From: Candidatus Fiminaster equi
GTDB lineage: Bacteria > Bacillota_I > Bacilli_A > RFN20 > CAG-826
DNA: 64,000 nt
Assembly: GCA_018064745.1 (NCBI GenBank)
Contig: JAGHUR010000011.1
Location: forward strand, 6,137 to 70,136
Direction of reading: 5' to 3'
Shown here piece after piece: positions 36,707 to 47,438 of the stretch. The notes under the pieces are model-generated. The model saw only the letters and a program-made list of their open reading frames with translations, was not told the DNA's origin and did no database searches. Every line of letters begins with the position of its first letter. Within the stretch, counting starts at the first letter, position 1. The position numbers and the translations under genes were made by a program.

Positions 36707-38703
36707 AACTAGATGAAAATGTCGAATTAAATGTAGACGCATCCACCGAAGATCGTCCAGATGCAGACTATTCTGCTAAAGATCTTCAAGTTCTCGAAGG
36801 CCTAGAGGCGGTTCGCAAACGTCCAGGTATGTACATTGGTACTACTGCAGCAGCAGGTCTTCACCACCTCGTTTGGGAAATTGTCGATAACTCTATCGAT
36901 GAGGCCCTTGCAGGATTCTGTGACAAAATTGTAGTCACAATCAACCCTGGCGACACCATCACAGTCGAAGATAATGGCCGTGGTGTTCCAGTCGACATCG
37001 TTGCAAAATCCGGATTATCCGGTGTCGAGACTGTCTTTACAATCTTACACGCCGGTGGTAAGTTCGGTGAAACTGGTGGATACAAAGTATCCGGCGGTTT
37101 ACACGGTGTTGGTGCATCAGTCGTTAACGCTTTGTCTGAATGGTTAGAATGTACTGTTCACAAAAATGGAAAAGTCCATTACATGAAATTTGGTCGTGGT
37201 GGTAAACCACTTGATCACTTAAAAGTAATTGGTGACTGCCCGGCTGAACAAACAGGTACAACTGTTACATTTAAACCAGATGACACAATCTTTACTGAAA
37301 CAACAGTTTATGATTACGATGTAATCTGTGATCACTTAAAACAAATGGCTTACCTTAACAAAGGTGTCAGAATTGTTGTAAGAGATGCACGTGTTGCCCC
37401 AGCTAAAGAAGAAACTTATTGCTACGAAGGTGGTATTAAGGAATACGTCCAATCAATTAACTTTAATAAAACCCCAATCATGCAAGAAATTATCTATTGC
37501 GAAGGTAGAGGAAAATACATGGTTGGTGATGAAGAAAAAGGTCATATCTATTGTGAGGTTGCTATGCAATATAACGAAAGCTATAACCCAACAATCTTCT
37601 CATTCTGTAACAACATTCACACACATGAAGGCGGAACCCACGAAGAAGGTTTCAGACTTGCAATGCGTCGTGTAATGAATGATTACGCAAGAAAAGCAAA
37701 ATTACTCAAGGATGATCAATCAGACCTTGAAACCTCGGATATTTTGGAAGGTTTAACCGCAATTATCTCAGTTAAACACCCAAACCCACAATATGAAGGA
37801 CAAACCAAGACAAAACTTGGTAACTCTGAAGTTCGTAAAATTGTTTCACAAATCGTTGGTGAACAACTTGAAAGATTCTTACTCGAGAATCCAAAAGTTG
37901 CCGAACAAATTGTCGCAAAACTTACAATGGCAGCAAAGGCTCGTATGGCTGCACGTGCTGCACAAGAATCTGTCCGTCGTAAAACAGGACTCGAAGTCAC
38001 AACTCTTCCAGGAAAATTAGCTGACTGCTCCAGCAAAGAACCAGAAAGATGTGAACTTTATATCGTCGAAGGTAACTCCGCTGGTGGCTCAGCCAAAAAC
38101 GGACGTGACCGTGAGACACAAGCAATTCTTCCACTTCGTGGAAAAATCTTAAATGTTGAAAAAGCAACTCAAGAAAAAGCTTTTGAAAACGCTGAAATTG
38201 GTAACATGATTGTCGCTATTGGTGCTGGCATTGACCCAGAATTCCATATCGAAAAAGCTCGTTATCACAAGATTGTTATTATGACCGATGCTGATGTTGA
38301 CGGAAGCCACATTAGAATTCTCTTATTAACATTCTTCTTCAGATTCATGAAGGAATTAATTGAAGCTGGTTATGTTTACATCGCACAACCACCTCTATAC
38401 AAAGTCGATTACCATGGTAAGTCATACTATGCTTACAACGATGATCAACTTGAAAACATCAAAAAACAACTCGCTTTAAAACCTGGATACCCATTCCAAC
38501 GTTATAAAGGTCTTGGTGAAATGGATGCAGAACAACTTTGGGAAACCACAATGGACCCAGCACACCGTAAAATGCTCCGTGTCACAATGTCTGATGCTAT
38601 CGAAGCCGACAAGGTCTTCACAGACTTAATGGGTGACGAAGTCTTACCAAGAAAAGAGTTCATTCACAAATATGCTAAGTTCGTTAAGAACTTAGATATC
38701 TAA
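36700..38703 (+). CDS. gyrB: DNA gyrase subunit B
   Basis: [20 protein letters not shown] ATPase, Toprim ([20 protein letters not shown]) and DADVDGSHI. Confidence 0.97.
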   Translation: MVELDENVELNVDASTEDRPDADYSAKDLQVLEGLEAVRKRPGMYIGTTAAAGLHHLVWEIVDNSIDEALAGFCDKIVVTINPGDTITVEDNGRGVPVDIVAKSGLSGVETVFTILHAGGKFGETGGYKVSGGLHGVGASVVNALSEWLECTVHKNGKVHYMKFGRGGKPLDHLKVIGDCPAEQTGTTVTFKPDDTIFTETTVYDYDVICDHLKQMAYLNKGVRIVVRDARVAPAKEETYCYEGGIKEYVQSINFNKTPIMQEIIYCEGRGKYMVGDEEKGHIYCEVAMQYNESYNPTIFSFCNNIHTHEGGTHEEGFRLAMRRVMNDYARKAKLLKDDQSDLETSDILEGLTAIISVKHPNPQYEGQTKTKLGNSEVRKIVSQIVGEQLERFLLENPKVAEQIVAKLTMAAKARMAARAAQESVRRKTGLEVTTLPGKLADCSSKEPERCELYIVEGNSAGGSAKNGRDRETQAILPLRGKILNVEKATQEKAFENAEIGNMIVAIGAGIDPEFHIEKARYHKIVIMTDADVDGSHIRILLLTFFFRFMKELIEAGYVYIAQPPLYKVDYHGKSYYAYNDDQLENIKKQLALKPGYPFQRYKGLGEMDAEQLWETTMDPAHRKMLRVTMSDAIEADKVFTDLMGDEVLPRKEFIHKYAKFVKNLDI

Positions 38704-38721
38704 TGAAAGGAGAGTAAAATT

Positions 38722-41283
38722 ATGGCAGACGAAATTAAAGAAAATGAAGTAGTCGAAGAAGAAAAAGCTTCAGAAGCTCCTACTATCGAAGCCGGTGTCG
38801 CAGCTGGTCTTGAAGATACAGATTTAGCTCAAGAAGTTAGAAATTCCTTCCTTGATTACGCAATGTCAGTTATTGTTGCTCGTGCTATCCCAGATGTCCG
38901 TGATGGTTGTAAACCAGTTCACCGTAGAGTTATTTATGGTATGCACGTTACAGGAATGGTTCCTGGAACTCCTTATAAGAAATCAGCCCGTATCGTTGGT
39001 GATGTTATGGGTAAATATCACCCACACGGCGACTCAGCAATTTACTCAACATTAGTTAGACTTGCTCAACCATTCGCAATGCGTTATACACTTGTTGATG
39101 GACACGGTAACTTCGGCTCAGTTGATGGTGATGAACCAGCTGCTATGCGTTATACCGAAGCAAGAATGACTAAACTCGCAACCGAAATGGTTCGTGACCT
39201 CAACTGTAATACAGTTGATATGGTTGATAACTATGATGGTACAGAAGTTGAACCATCAGTCTTACCTTCAAGATTCCCTAACTTACTCGTCAATGGTAGT
39301 AACGGTATCGCTGTTGGTATGGCAACTTATATTCCAACACACAACTTAGGCGAAACAATTGACGCTGTTGTTGCTGTTGCAAGAAATCCTGAAATTACTC
39401 CACTTGAGATTATGCAAGATTACCTCTTTGGTCCTGACTTCTCAACAGGAGCTACCATTTTAGGAAGAACCGGAATCAAAGATTATTTTGAAACTGGTAC
39501 CGGATCTATCGTTATCCGTTCAAAAGCAGAAATTAAAGAGAACGAAAAAACCGGTAAAAAACAAATTATTGTTCACGAAATTCCATATCAAGTTAACAAA
39601 GCTAACATGATTGAATCTATCGCACATCTTGTAAGAGACAAGGTTGTCGACGGAATTACAGATATTCGTGATGAATCTTCAAAAGGTAATGTTCGTATCG
39701 TTATCGATGTTAGACATGACGCAATTCCAGAAGTTATTTTGAATCAACTTTACAAGATGACTCAACTTCAAACTTCAATGGGTATTATCATGCTCTGCTT
39801 AGTTGATGGTGCACCAAAAATCTTACCTATTACTGAAATCTTAAAGAAATACTTAGACTTCCAAGTCGAAGTTGTTGAAAGAAGAACAAAGTTCTTACTT
39901 GCAAAAGATGAAGCTCGTGATCACATCGTTTGTGGCTTACTTAAAGCTATTGGTGATATCGATGCAATCGTTGAAACAATTAAGAAATCAGCAACTCCAG
40001 AAGATGCTACAAGAGCGTTAATGGAAAAATTCGGTTTCTCCGAAGAACAAACGGCCGCAATTCTTGCTATGACTCTCCGTAGACTTACAGGTCTTGAAGA
40101 AGGCAAGCTCGAAGAAGAACGTGCTCAACTTGAAGCAAATATCGCAAAATACCATCATATTCTCGAATCAAGAGCAAACGTCACTGACGTTGTCGTTGAA
40201 GAATTACTCGAAATTAAAGAGAAATACAGTGATGAACGTAAGACCGATATTTCAGATGAAGCTGCAACTATCGAAGATGAAGCACTCATCCCACAAAAAC
40301 AAATTGTTGTCACATTATCCAAGAACAACTACGTTAAGAGAATGGATGCTGATACATTCCGTGCTCAAAATCGTGGTGGTCGTGGTGTCCGTGGCACAGC
40401 CTTAAATGATGAAGACGAAGTCTCTATCATGTTACACACAAGAACACACATTGACGTTATGTTCTTCTCTAATTTAGGAAGAGTCTACCGTCTCCGTGGT
40501 TACATGATTCCAGAAGGCTCAAGAATTTCTAAAGGCATTCCAATTCAAAACTTACTTAACCTTGAAAAGGGTGAAAAGATTATGTCTATCATTCCAATCG
40601 AGGATTACTCTGAAGGACATTTCTTATTCTTTGCAACAAAGGATGGTTTAGTAAAACGTACTCCAGTCAAAGAATATGAATCTGTTCGTAAGAATGGTAA
40701 GATTGCAATTTCACTTCGTGAAGGTGATGCATTACTTGATGTTAAACAAACAGATGGTAACGCAAAAATCTGTCTTGCATCCAGCAAGGGCAAACTTGTT
40801 AGATTCCAAGAAGATCAAGCACGTCCACTTGGCCGTACAGCATCAGGCGTTAAGGGTATTGAACTTGACGATGGTGCAGTTGCAGTCGGTATGACAACCT
40901 CACTTGAAGGAAATTACATCCTTGTTATTACATCTCATGGTTTCGGTAAGATGTCAGAAGTTGACGAATACCGTGAAACCAAACGTGGTGCAAAAGGCGT
41001 TACTGCTCTTAACTGCACAGTCAAGAACGGTAAACTTGTTGCCATGAGAGCTGTTGCAGGTGATGAAGACTTAATGATGGTTACCAACACTGGTGTCATC
41101 ATCAGAATTCCACTTGAACAAGTTAAGATTGCACACCGTGTTACTCAAGGTGTCAAAGTCATCAGATTAGAAGATGAAAAACAACGCGTTTCTTCCATCA
41201 CTGTTGTCCCACATGAAGACGCAGAAGAAGGTGTTGAAGAAGCCCCAGTTGAAGCCTCAGAAGCTCCAGCTGAAAATGAGTAA
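38722..41283 (+). CDS. gyrA: DNA gyrase subunit A
   Basis: DGCKPVHRRVIYGM, the active-site region AAMRYTEARM, GyrA-box/beta-pinwheel repeats, and an acidic C-terminal tail. Confidence 0.97.
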   Translation: MADEIKENEVVEEEKASEAPTIEAGVAAGLEDTDLAQEVRNSFLDYAMSVIVARAIPDVRDGCKPVHRRVIYGMHVTGMVPGTPYKKSARIVGDVMGKYHPHGDSAIYSTLVRLAQPFAMRYTLVDGHGNFGSVDGDEPAAMRYTEARMTKLATEMVRDLNCNTVDMVDNYDGTEVEPSVLPSRFPNLLVNGSNGIAVGMATYIPTHNLGETIDAVVAVARNPEITPLEIMQDYLFGPDFSTGATILGRTGIKDYFETGTGSIVIRSKAEIKENEKTGKKQIIVHEIPYQVNKANMIESIAHLVRDKVVDGITDIRDESSKGNVRIVIDVRHDAIPEVILNQLYKMTQLQTSMGIIMLCLVDGAPKILPITEILKKYLDFQVEVVERRTKFLLAKDEARDHIVCGLLKAIGDIDAIVETIKKSATPEDATRALMEKFGFSEEQTAAILAMTLRRLTGLEEGKLEEERAQLEANIAKYHHILESRANVTDVVVEELLEIKEKYSDERKTDISDEAATIEDEALIPQKQIVVTLSKNNYVKRMDADTFRAQNRGGRGVRGTALNDEDEVSIMLHTRTHIDVMFFSNLGRVYRLRGYMIPEGSRISKGIPIQNLLNLEKGEKIMSIIPIEDYSEGHFLFFATKDGLVKRTPVKEYESVRKNGKIAISLREGDALLDVKQTDGNAKICLASSKGKLVRFQEDQARPLGRTASGVKGIELDDGAVAVGMTTSLEGNYILVITSHGFGKMSEVDEYRETKRGAKGVTALNCTVKNGKLVAMRAVAGDEDLMMVTNTGVIIRIPLEQVKIAHRVTQGVKVIRLEDEKQRVSSITVVPHEDAEEGVEEAPVEASEAPAENE

Positions 41284-41374
41284 AATATCCGGGAATTCAT
41301 AAGGATTTCTCGAGAAAACAGGGGGTTTTTGAGAAAATCAAGACCCCCTCAAAATAAGAAAGAAGGATTTAATT

Positions 41375-42655
41375 ATGATCGATGTAAAATTAATTCTTGA
41401 TGATCCAAAAGGCATTGCTGCAAAGCTTGCTAAAAAAGGTTGTATCGTCGATTTTGATCCATTAATTAAATTGCAAGATAAAAGAAAAGAACTTCTTATC
41501 TCAGTCGAGCAAGCAAAAGCCGAAAGAAATAGACTTTCTGCAAGTGTTCCTCAAGTCAAAAAAGAAGGCGGCGACATCAATGCTATCTTTGCAAAAGTTA
41601 AAGAAATTTCTGCAAAGTCAGCTGCTGATGAAGTTGAACTTGGAAAAGTTGAAGAAGAAATCAAAAATTTCCTTTTGCCACTTCCAAACCTTCCAGATGA
41701 TGACCTTTTAGCTGGTGGAAAAGAAAATAATAAGGTTATTCACGAGTATGGAAAACCAATTAAATTCGATTTTGAGGCTAAAAACCATGTTGACCTTTGT
41801 GAATCTTTAGGTCTTATTGACTATGAAAGAGGCGCAAAAATGTCAGGCCATGGTTGTTGGGTCTACACTGGACTTGGTGCACAACTTGAATGGGCTCTTC
41901 TTAACTTCTTCATTAGCGAGCATCTTAAAGATGGATATACAATGATTCTTCCACCTCACATGCTCAATGAAGAATCTGGATATGTCGCAGGACAATTCCC
42001 AAAATTCAAAGAAGATGTCTTCTGGTTAAGTAATTCAGAACCAAAGAAATTCATTCTTCCAACTGCAGAAACAGCTCTTGTTAATATGCATAGAGACGAA
42101 ATTCTCTCTGAGGATGAACTTCCAAAGAAGTATTTTGCTTATACTCCATGCTATCGTAGAGAAGCAGGCACATATCGTACAGAAGAACGTGGTATGATTC
42201 GTGGATATCAATTTAATAAAATTGAAATGTTCCAGTACACCACCGAAGAAGGCGATATGCCAGCATTTGAAGAACTTGTCAAAAAAGCAATTTCTTTACT
42301 TGATAAACTCGGTCTTACATTCCGTGTATCTAAATTAGCAGCAGAAGATATTTCTGCTTCTATGGCAAGAACATATGATATTGAAATTTATATCCCATCA
42401 ATTGGTATTTATAAAGAAGTTAGCTCAGTTTCAACTGCTCATGATTACCAAGCAAGACGTGGAATGATCAGATATCGTGACAAAGCAACCGGCAAAACCA
42501 AGTATGCTCATACCTTAAATGGTTCAGGACTTGCAACATCACGTGTCTTCCCAGCTCTTGTTGAACAAATGCAACAACCAGACGGAAGTGTTAAGATTCC
42601 AGAAGTCTTAAGACCTTGGATGGGTGGACTTGAATACATCAAGCCAAAGAAATAA
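41375..42655 (+). CDS. serS: seryl-tRNA synthetase
   Basis: MIDVKLI coiled-coil arm and class II motifs (CYRREAG, FNKIEMF, GSGLATSR). Confidence 0.95.
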   Translation: MIDVKLILDDPKGIAAKLAKKGCIVDFDPLIKLQDKRKELLISVEQAKAERNRLSASVPQVKKEGGDINAIFAKVKEISAKSAADEVELGKVEEEIKNFLLPLPNLPDDDLLAGGKENNKVIHEYGKPIKFDFEAKNHVDLCESLGLIDYERGAKMSGHGCWVYTGLGAQLEWALLNFFISEHLKDGYTMILPPHMLNEESGYVAGQFPKFKEDVFWLSNSEPKKFILPTAETALVNMHRDEILSEDELPKKYFAYTPCYRREAGTYRTEERGMIRGYQFNKIEMFQYTTEEGDMPAFEELVKKAISLLDKLGLTFRVSKLAAEDISASMARTYDIEIYIPSIGIYKEVSSVSTAHDYQARRGMIRYRDKATGKTKYAHTLNGSGLATSRVFPALVEQMQQPDGSVKIPEVLRPWMGGLEYIKPKK

Positions 42656-42670
42656 CACTTAAACAAAACA

Positions 42671-42709
42671 AAAAGAAGCATTTGAATTTACTTCATTTGC
42701 TTCTTTTTT
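42671..42709. terminator. bidirectional terminator shared by serS and cysE
   Basis: gaagca..tgaa/ttca..tgcttc imperfect 12-bp stem, with an A-run upstream and a T-run downstream. Confidence 0.7.
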
Positions 42710-43400
42710 ATTTCTTTGAAATAACTAATGCTGGTTTACCAAATGTTACTTTGACATTATCTGGTATAGATTCTGTTATAAATACGTTTGAACCGATTGT
42801 TACATTATCACCAACAGTAATGTCTCCCAGAATACTTGCTCCCGCGTATATAATTACATTTTCGCCAAGTGTAGGATGTCTTTTAGTTCCCTTTAAAGAC
42901 GCTCCATTTTTTAAAGATAACGCACCAAGCGTAACTCCTTGATAAATCTTTAAATTTTTCTTTGAAATAGTAGTTTCACCGATGACGATACCAGTTCCGT
43001 GGTCAATAAATAATGGAGATGCAAGATTTGCACCTGGATGAATATCAATTCCGGTTTGTGAGTGAGCGGATTCAGACATCATACGAGCTTGAAGTTTATA
43101 ATTCATTGAATAAAGAATGTGAGCAATTCTATAAGTCATAATTGCTTTGTAACCAGGGTAGGCTAAAACGATTTCTTCCTTGCTATCAACGGCTGGATCG
43201 CTCTCCATAAAGAATTCTAGATCGTGTGAAAGCATATTTTTCACAATTTTTAATGAATTTAAATACTCTTTTGCCTTTGATTTATTTTTGTCTATTACTT
43301 GAAGGAATAAATTCTCAATTACATCTAAGTTTTCTTTATTAAAAACAACATAACTTTTTGTTACTTCAAGTAGCCTTAATAATTTCTTTGAACTTACCAT
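42708..43400 (-). CDS. cysE: serine O-acetyltransferase
   Basis: SAT N-terminal helical domain plus left-handed beta-helix hexapeptide repeats (GIDIHPGA..., IGETTI, LGENVIIYAGASILG). Confidence 0.85.
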   Translation of the reverse strand: MVSSKKLLRLLEVTKSYVVFNKENLDVIENLFLQVIDKNKSKAKEYLNSLKIVKNMLSHDLEFFMESDPAVDSKEEIVLAYPGYKAIMTYRIAHILYSMNYKLQARMMSESAHSQTGIDIHPGANLASPLFIDHGTGIVIGETTISKKNLKIYQGVTLGALSLKNGASLKGTKRHPTLGENVIIYAGASILGDITVGDNVTIGSNVFITESIPDNVKVTFGKPALVISKK

Positions 43401-44269
43401 TTATATCTGTCTCCTTTATCAGGGAAAATTAGCACAATATTTTTACCTGAAATCTTATTTTCTTTAATATATTTTATGCATGCTTCTAGGGCTGCTCCAG
43501 AAGAGAGCCCAATATCAATTTGCTCGAGATTTCGTATGGATTTTGCGCGTATTTCCGCATTTTTTCCTTTTACATCAACAATCTCATCAACAACATTTTT
43601 ATCAAAAAGTGGTGGTAGAAAATTTGCACCTATTCCTTGTATTGAATGAGGACCAGAAATGCCCTTAGTTAGAAGCGGTGATTCTTCTGGTTCAACACCG
43701 ATAATTTTACAGTTAGATTTTTCTTTTAAATACTTACCAGTTCCAGTTATTGTTCCGCCGGTTCCGATTCCTGCAAACAAATAATCAATTTTTGGCATTT
43801 CTTCTATTATTTCTGGACCAGTAGTTTTGTAGTGACCTAAAACATTACTTTTATTGTTGAATTGGTCAAACAAAATTGAATTTTTAGTCTTTTTCACCAA
43901 TTCAATTGCGTAATCTTCACTTTCTTGCATTCCACCTTTAGTCAAAACAAGCTCAGCGCCATAATTAGAAATCATTTCTTTTCTTTCTTTGGACATGCTT
44001 TCCGGCATAACAATTACAAGTTTGTAGTCAAATTCATTTTTATAATAGCCAAGTGAAATTCCAGTATTTCCACTGGTTGCTTCAATAACGGTGGTATTTG
44101 AATTTAACCTGCCCTCTTTTTGGTAATCAATAAGCATTTGGTATACTGCTCTATCTTTGATAGAGCCTGAAGGATTTGAGTTTTCTAATTTTGCATAAAC
44201 AAAATTGTTGAGATTATATTTTTCCTCAATTCTTGTTAAACGAATCAGTTTTGTATTTCCTGGTTTCAT
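43394..44269 (-). CDS. cysK: cysteine synthase A (O-acetylserine sulfhydrylase)
   Basis: NPSGSIKDRA (PLP lysine), TSGNTGIS and GIGTGGTITG. The N-terminus is ~10 aa shorter than typical CysK. Confidence 0.9.
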   Translation of the reverse strand: MKPGNTKLIRLTRIEEKYNLNNFVYAKLENSNPSGSIKDRAVYQMLIDYQKEGRLNSNTTVIEATSGNTGISLGYYKNEFDYKLVIVMPESMSKERKEMISNYGAELVLTKGGMQESEDYAIELVKKTKNSILFDQFNNKSNVLGHYKTTGPEIIEEMPKIDYLFAGIGTGGTITGTGKYLKEKSNCKIIGVEPEESPLLTKGISGPHSIQGIGANFLPPLFDKNVVDEIVDVKGKNAEIRAKSIRNLEQIDIGLSSGAALEACIKYIKENKISGKNIVLIFPDKGDRYKW

Positions 44270-44354
44270 ATCTTAATTTAGCATTATTATACTGATTTCT
44301 TAATAAAAGAAAAAATGTAATGATAAGAATTTTTGTATTTGCTATAATGTTTTA

Positions 44355-44436
44355 GCCATCGCAATGGTCTACTACGAACCAGGTCAGGGCAGGAATGCAG
44401 CAGCCTTAAGAAGATCAGATTATGTGCGATGGTTTT
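44355..44436 (+). ncRNA. ffs: small (4.5S-type) signal recognition particle RNA
   Basis: Closing stem gccatcgca...tgcgatggt. Domain IV core ACCAGGUCAGGGCAGGAAUGCAGCAGCC matches the universal CCAGGUCAGGUCCGGAAGGAAGCAGCC with a GGAA tetraloop. TATAAT at 44344-44349 and a T-run at the 3' end. Confidence 0.85.
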
Positions 44437-44441
44437 AAAAT

Positions 44442-44897
44442 ATGAAATCCATTGATGAAAAATTCATGTTACTTGCAATTAAAGAAGCAGAGAAATCTGC
44501 GTCTTTAGACGAAGTTCCAGTGGGTGCAATTATTGTAAAGGATAACAAAGTTATCGCTCGTGGTCATAACCTTAGAGAAAAGAGTAATGATCCAACAAGT
44601 CATGCTGAAATAAATGCAATTAGAAAAGCTTGCAAAAAGCTTGGCAGTTGGAGACTAGAAGATTGCACAATGTATGTCACTATTGAACCTTGTTCAATGT
44701 GTGCCGGAACTTTACTTTGGACAAGAATTAAAAGAATTGTCTATGGTGCATGCGATTTAAAAGGCGGTGCCTTGGGAAGTTCCTTTTCATTATTTGAAGT
44801 TAAGAATATAAATCATCATCCAGAGATAGTTGGAGGCATTCTTCAAGAAGAATGTGGAAAGATGATGAGCGACTTTTTCAAAGAAAAGCGTAAATAA
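44442..44897 (+). CDS. tadA: tRNA-specific adenosine deaminase
   Basis: CDA zinc motifs HAEINAI and PCSMCAG. 151 aa. Confidence 0.95.
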   Translation: MKSIDEKFMLLAIKEAEKSASLDEVPVGAIIVKDNKVIARGHNLREKSNDPTSHAEINAIRKACKKLGSWRLEDCTMYVTIEPCSMCAGTLLWTRIKRIVYGACDLKGGALGSSFSLFEVKNINHHPEIVGGILQEECGKMMSDFFKEKRK

Positions 44898-44963
44898 CAA
44901 TTGTACAGTGTATAATTTTTGTTATACTTATCTCACAAAGTTAAAACTTTAGAGCTGTTGTAT

Positions 44964-47438
44964 ATGTTTAAACACGTTCGCATTAAAAATAACAATATCG
45001 ATAGAGAAGACTTTCCACTTGATCTAGAAAACGGTTTAACAAGCACTCAAGTTTTAGAAAGACAACAAAATAATTTAATTAATAAAACCGGAAAACACGT
45101 TTCAAAATCTTATTTTAAGATTATTTACGAAAATGTAGTTAATTTCTGGAATCTTTTACTTTTTGCAATAGCTGCATTAATGATTATTGCCAAAATTAGC
45201 ATAACTTCATATGCATTCTTGGTAATTTTACTCGCAAATATTGCAATTGGCTTATATCAAGACATTCGTGCTAGAAAACTTCTTGATAAACTTAAAGTCG
45301 TATCTGCTCCAAAAGTTAGTGTACTAAGAGACGGAAAATTAGTATCAATTACTGCTGATCAAATCGTTTTATCAGATCTTGTTGAATTAAGACAGGGTAG
45401 CCAAATAGTATGTGATGGGTCGATTGTTAAGGGCTTTATTGAAGTAAACGAATCTTTATTAACAGGTGAGCCAGTAAATATTTTAAAGAATGTTGGTGAT
45501 TCAGTTTATTCTGGATCTTTTGCTACATCTGGTTGTGCATATTATCGTGTTGAGCAATTAGGCAAAGCTAACTATGCCGAAAAGCTTCAATCTAAAGCAA
45601 AAAAATTCAAAAAAGCTAAATCTGAAATCCTTATGTCTATCAAAGGTATATTTAAAGTTATTGGCTTCTTTGTCATTTTACTTGCTGTTGGATTAGGCCT
45701 TGTTTATGAAGGCAAATTACAATGGCCTGGATTTGAGAATATGAAAGATTCAGTTTTCCAATCCACAGTTGGTAGTATTTCGGGCTCTTTGGTCGCAATG
45801 ATCCCTATCGGTATGTATCTTCTTACCTCTATTACACTAGCAGTCGGTGCTATTCGTTTAGCAAAACAAAACACACTTACACAAGACATGTACTGTATTG
45901 AAATGCTAGCTAGAGCCGATATTTTATGCTTGGATAAAACAGGTACTTTAACTGATGGAAACTTGAACGTTCGTGAAATTATTCCTACTGGCGGAATATC
46001 GGAAAGAGACCTCGCAAAAATTGTTTATACCTTAGTCATGCAAACAGGTGATAAAAACGCAACGGCTAGGGCCATTATCGATAAATTCAGTAATTTAAAT
46101 CAATTTGATGCATACTCTGCAATACCATTTTCATCCGATAGAAAATTCTCTGCAGTTATGCTTGAGGATGGCCGTTCAATCGTAATGGGTGCACGTGAAT
46201 TCATTCCACACAACTGTCCAGAAGTGGATGAGAAGTGCAAATTATATGAAGCAGACGGATTGCGTGTTTTGTTAATAGTTCAACAAAGACACGTTGTTAA
46301 TATTAATGAACCATTAGAGGAGGGCGAGGTTTTAGGAATCCTTGTTCTTGAAGACCACATTAGAGATGATGCATATGATAATATCGAATGGTTCAAAAAC
46401 AATGATGTTGGTATCAGAATCATTACCGGAGATAACCCAGCATCAGCAGGCGAAGTTGCAAGAAGAGCTGGTATAGAGGGGTATGAAAAACAAATTTCTC
46501 TTGAAGGTATGCCACTTGAAGAAGTTAGACACATCGCAAGAGATTATGTGATTTTTGGACGTGTGTCTCCGGAACAAAAAGAAGTCATTATTGAAGCATT
46601 ACAAGATGATGGACACACAGTAGCTATGACCGGGGACGGTGTTAATGATATCCTTGCATTAAGGGTTGCAGACTGTTCTATTGCAATGGCTTCTGGTTCT
46701 GATGCTGCAAAGACTGTTTCTCACTTAGTTTCATTAGATTCAAATTTCTCATCATTGCCATCAGTTGTTAAAGAGGGTAGACGCGTTATTAATAACTTAC
46801 AACGTGCTATCTCTGTATTCTTGGTTAAGACTGTTTTCGCTATTGTATTAACTGGCGTGTTCTTAATTTGGGGTTTATCAGATAACAACATTACTTATCC
46901 ATTCGTTACAAATAACATGTACTTATGGGAAATTTTATTTATTGGTATTGGATCATTGTTCTTGTCACTGCAACCGAACGACGAAAGAATACAGTCCAAG
47001 TTCTTGCTTAACATCTTATTTAAAATTACCCCTGCATCGCTCATTCAGATATTTATTGTTCTTTTCTATTTCTTAGTAGGAAAACTCGCACTGGGTTGGG
47101 ATGTAGAGCTTGCCAAGACTCTTGCTGTCATATCATTCTCAGTATTTAGTTTTGTTATTTTAATTCGTGTTTGTATGCCATTTGATATTTACCGTATCTT
47201 TTTAACTGTGGGGCTCGGTTTCGTCGGTTTAATGGCTATACTGGCTGACTATTTCGCATTTAAAGAGAAATCAATCTTTGGTCTTTCGTATTCATTATTA
47301 AACGGAAGATATGTTGCAATATTATTTGTTGTTTTAGTTGTTTCAATTGCCGCATACGTCGGACTTGAAATTTTATTTGATCGTTTACATCAATTTATGG
47401 ATAGAAGAAAAGAGGAACAAAAATATGATCATTTCTAA
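44964..47438 (+). CDS. cation-translocating P-type ATPase (HAD-IC type, substrate unknown)
   Basis: TGEP, the phosphorylation site DKTGTLT, ITGDN and MTGDGVNDILAL. First ATG at 44964; the track's TTG start at 44919 is less likely. Confidence 0.9.
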   Translation: MFKHVRIKNNNIDREDFPLDLENGLTSTQVLERQQNNLINKTGKHVSKSYFKIIYENVVNFWNLLLFAIAALMIIAKISITSYAFLVILLANIAIGLYQDIRARKLLDKLKVVSAPKVSVLRDGKLVSITADQIVLSDLVELRQGSQIVCDGSIVKGFIEVNESLLTGEPVNILKNVGDSVYSGSFATSGCAYYRVEQLGKANYAEKLQSKAKKFKKAKSEILMSIKGIFKVIGFFVILLAVGLGLVYEGKLQWPGFENMKDSVFQSTVGSISGSLVAMIPIGMYLLTSITLAVGAIRLAKQNTLTQDMYCIEMLARADILCLDKTGTLTDGNLNVREIIPTGGISERDLAKIVYTLVMQTGDKNATARAIIDKFSNLNQFDAYSAIPFSSDRKFSAVMLEDGRSIVMGAREFIPHNCPEVDEKCKLYEADGLRVLLIVQQRHVVNINEPLEEGEVLGILVLEDHIRDDAYDNIEWFKNNDVGIRIITGDNPASAGEVARRAGIEGYEKQISLEGMPLEEVRHIARDYVIFGRVSPEQKEVIIEALQDDGHTVAMTGDGVNDILALRVADCSIAMASGSDAAKTVSHLVSLDSNFSSLPSVVKEGRRVINNLQRAISVFLVKTVFAIVLTGVFLIWGLSDNNITYPFVTNNMYLWEILFIGIGSLFLSLQPNDERIQSKFLLNILFKITPASLIQIFIVLFYFLVGKLALGWDVELAKTLAVISFSVFSFVILIRVCMPFDIYRIFLTVGLGFVGLMAILADYFAFKEKSIFGLSYSLLNGRYVAILFVVLVVSIAAYVGLEILFDRLHQFMDRRKEEQKYDHF

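Noticed and set aside
41284-41374. T-box or other riboswitch leaders upstream of serS, metG (57386-57413) and lysS (6853-7055).
   Set aside because: The leaders are only ~90, ~28 and ~200 nt, and none contains a T-box consensus or specifier/antiterminator architecture. The gyrA-serS spacer has only a GGGGGT/ACCCCC hairpin, most simply a weak gyrA terminator.
43394-44340. cysK appears N-terminally short and has almost no SD (aaattaagatATG), suggesting a pseudogene.
   Set aside because: The frame is intact through all PLP and substrate-loop motifs, and it overlaps cysE in operon fashion. A TATAAT ~20 nt upstream suggests a short-leader transcript rather than decay.
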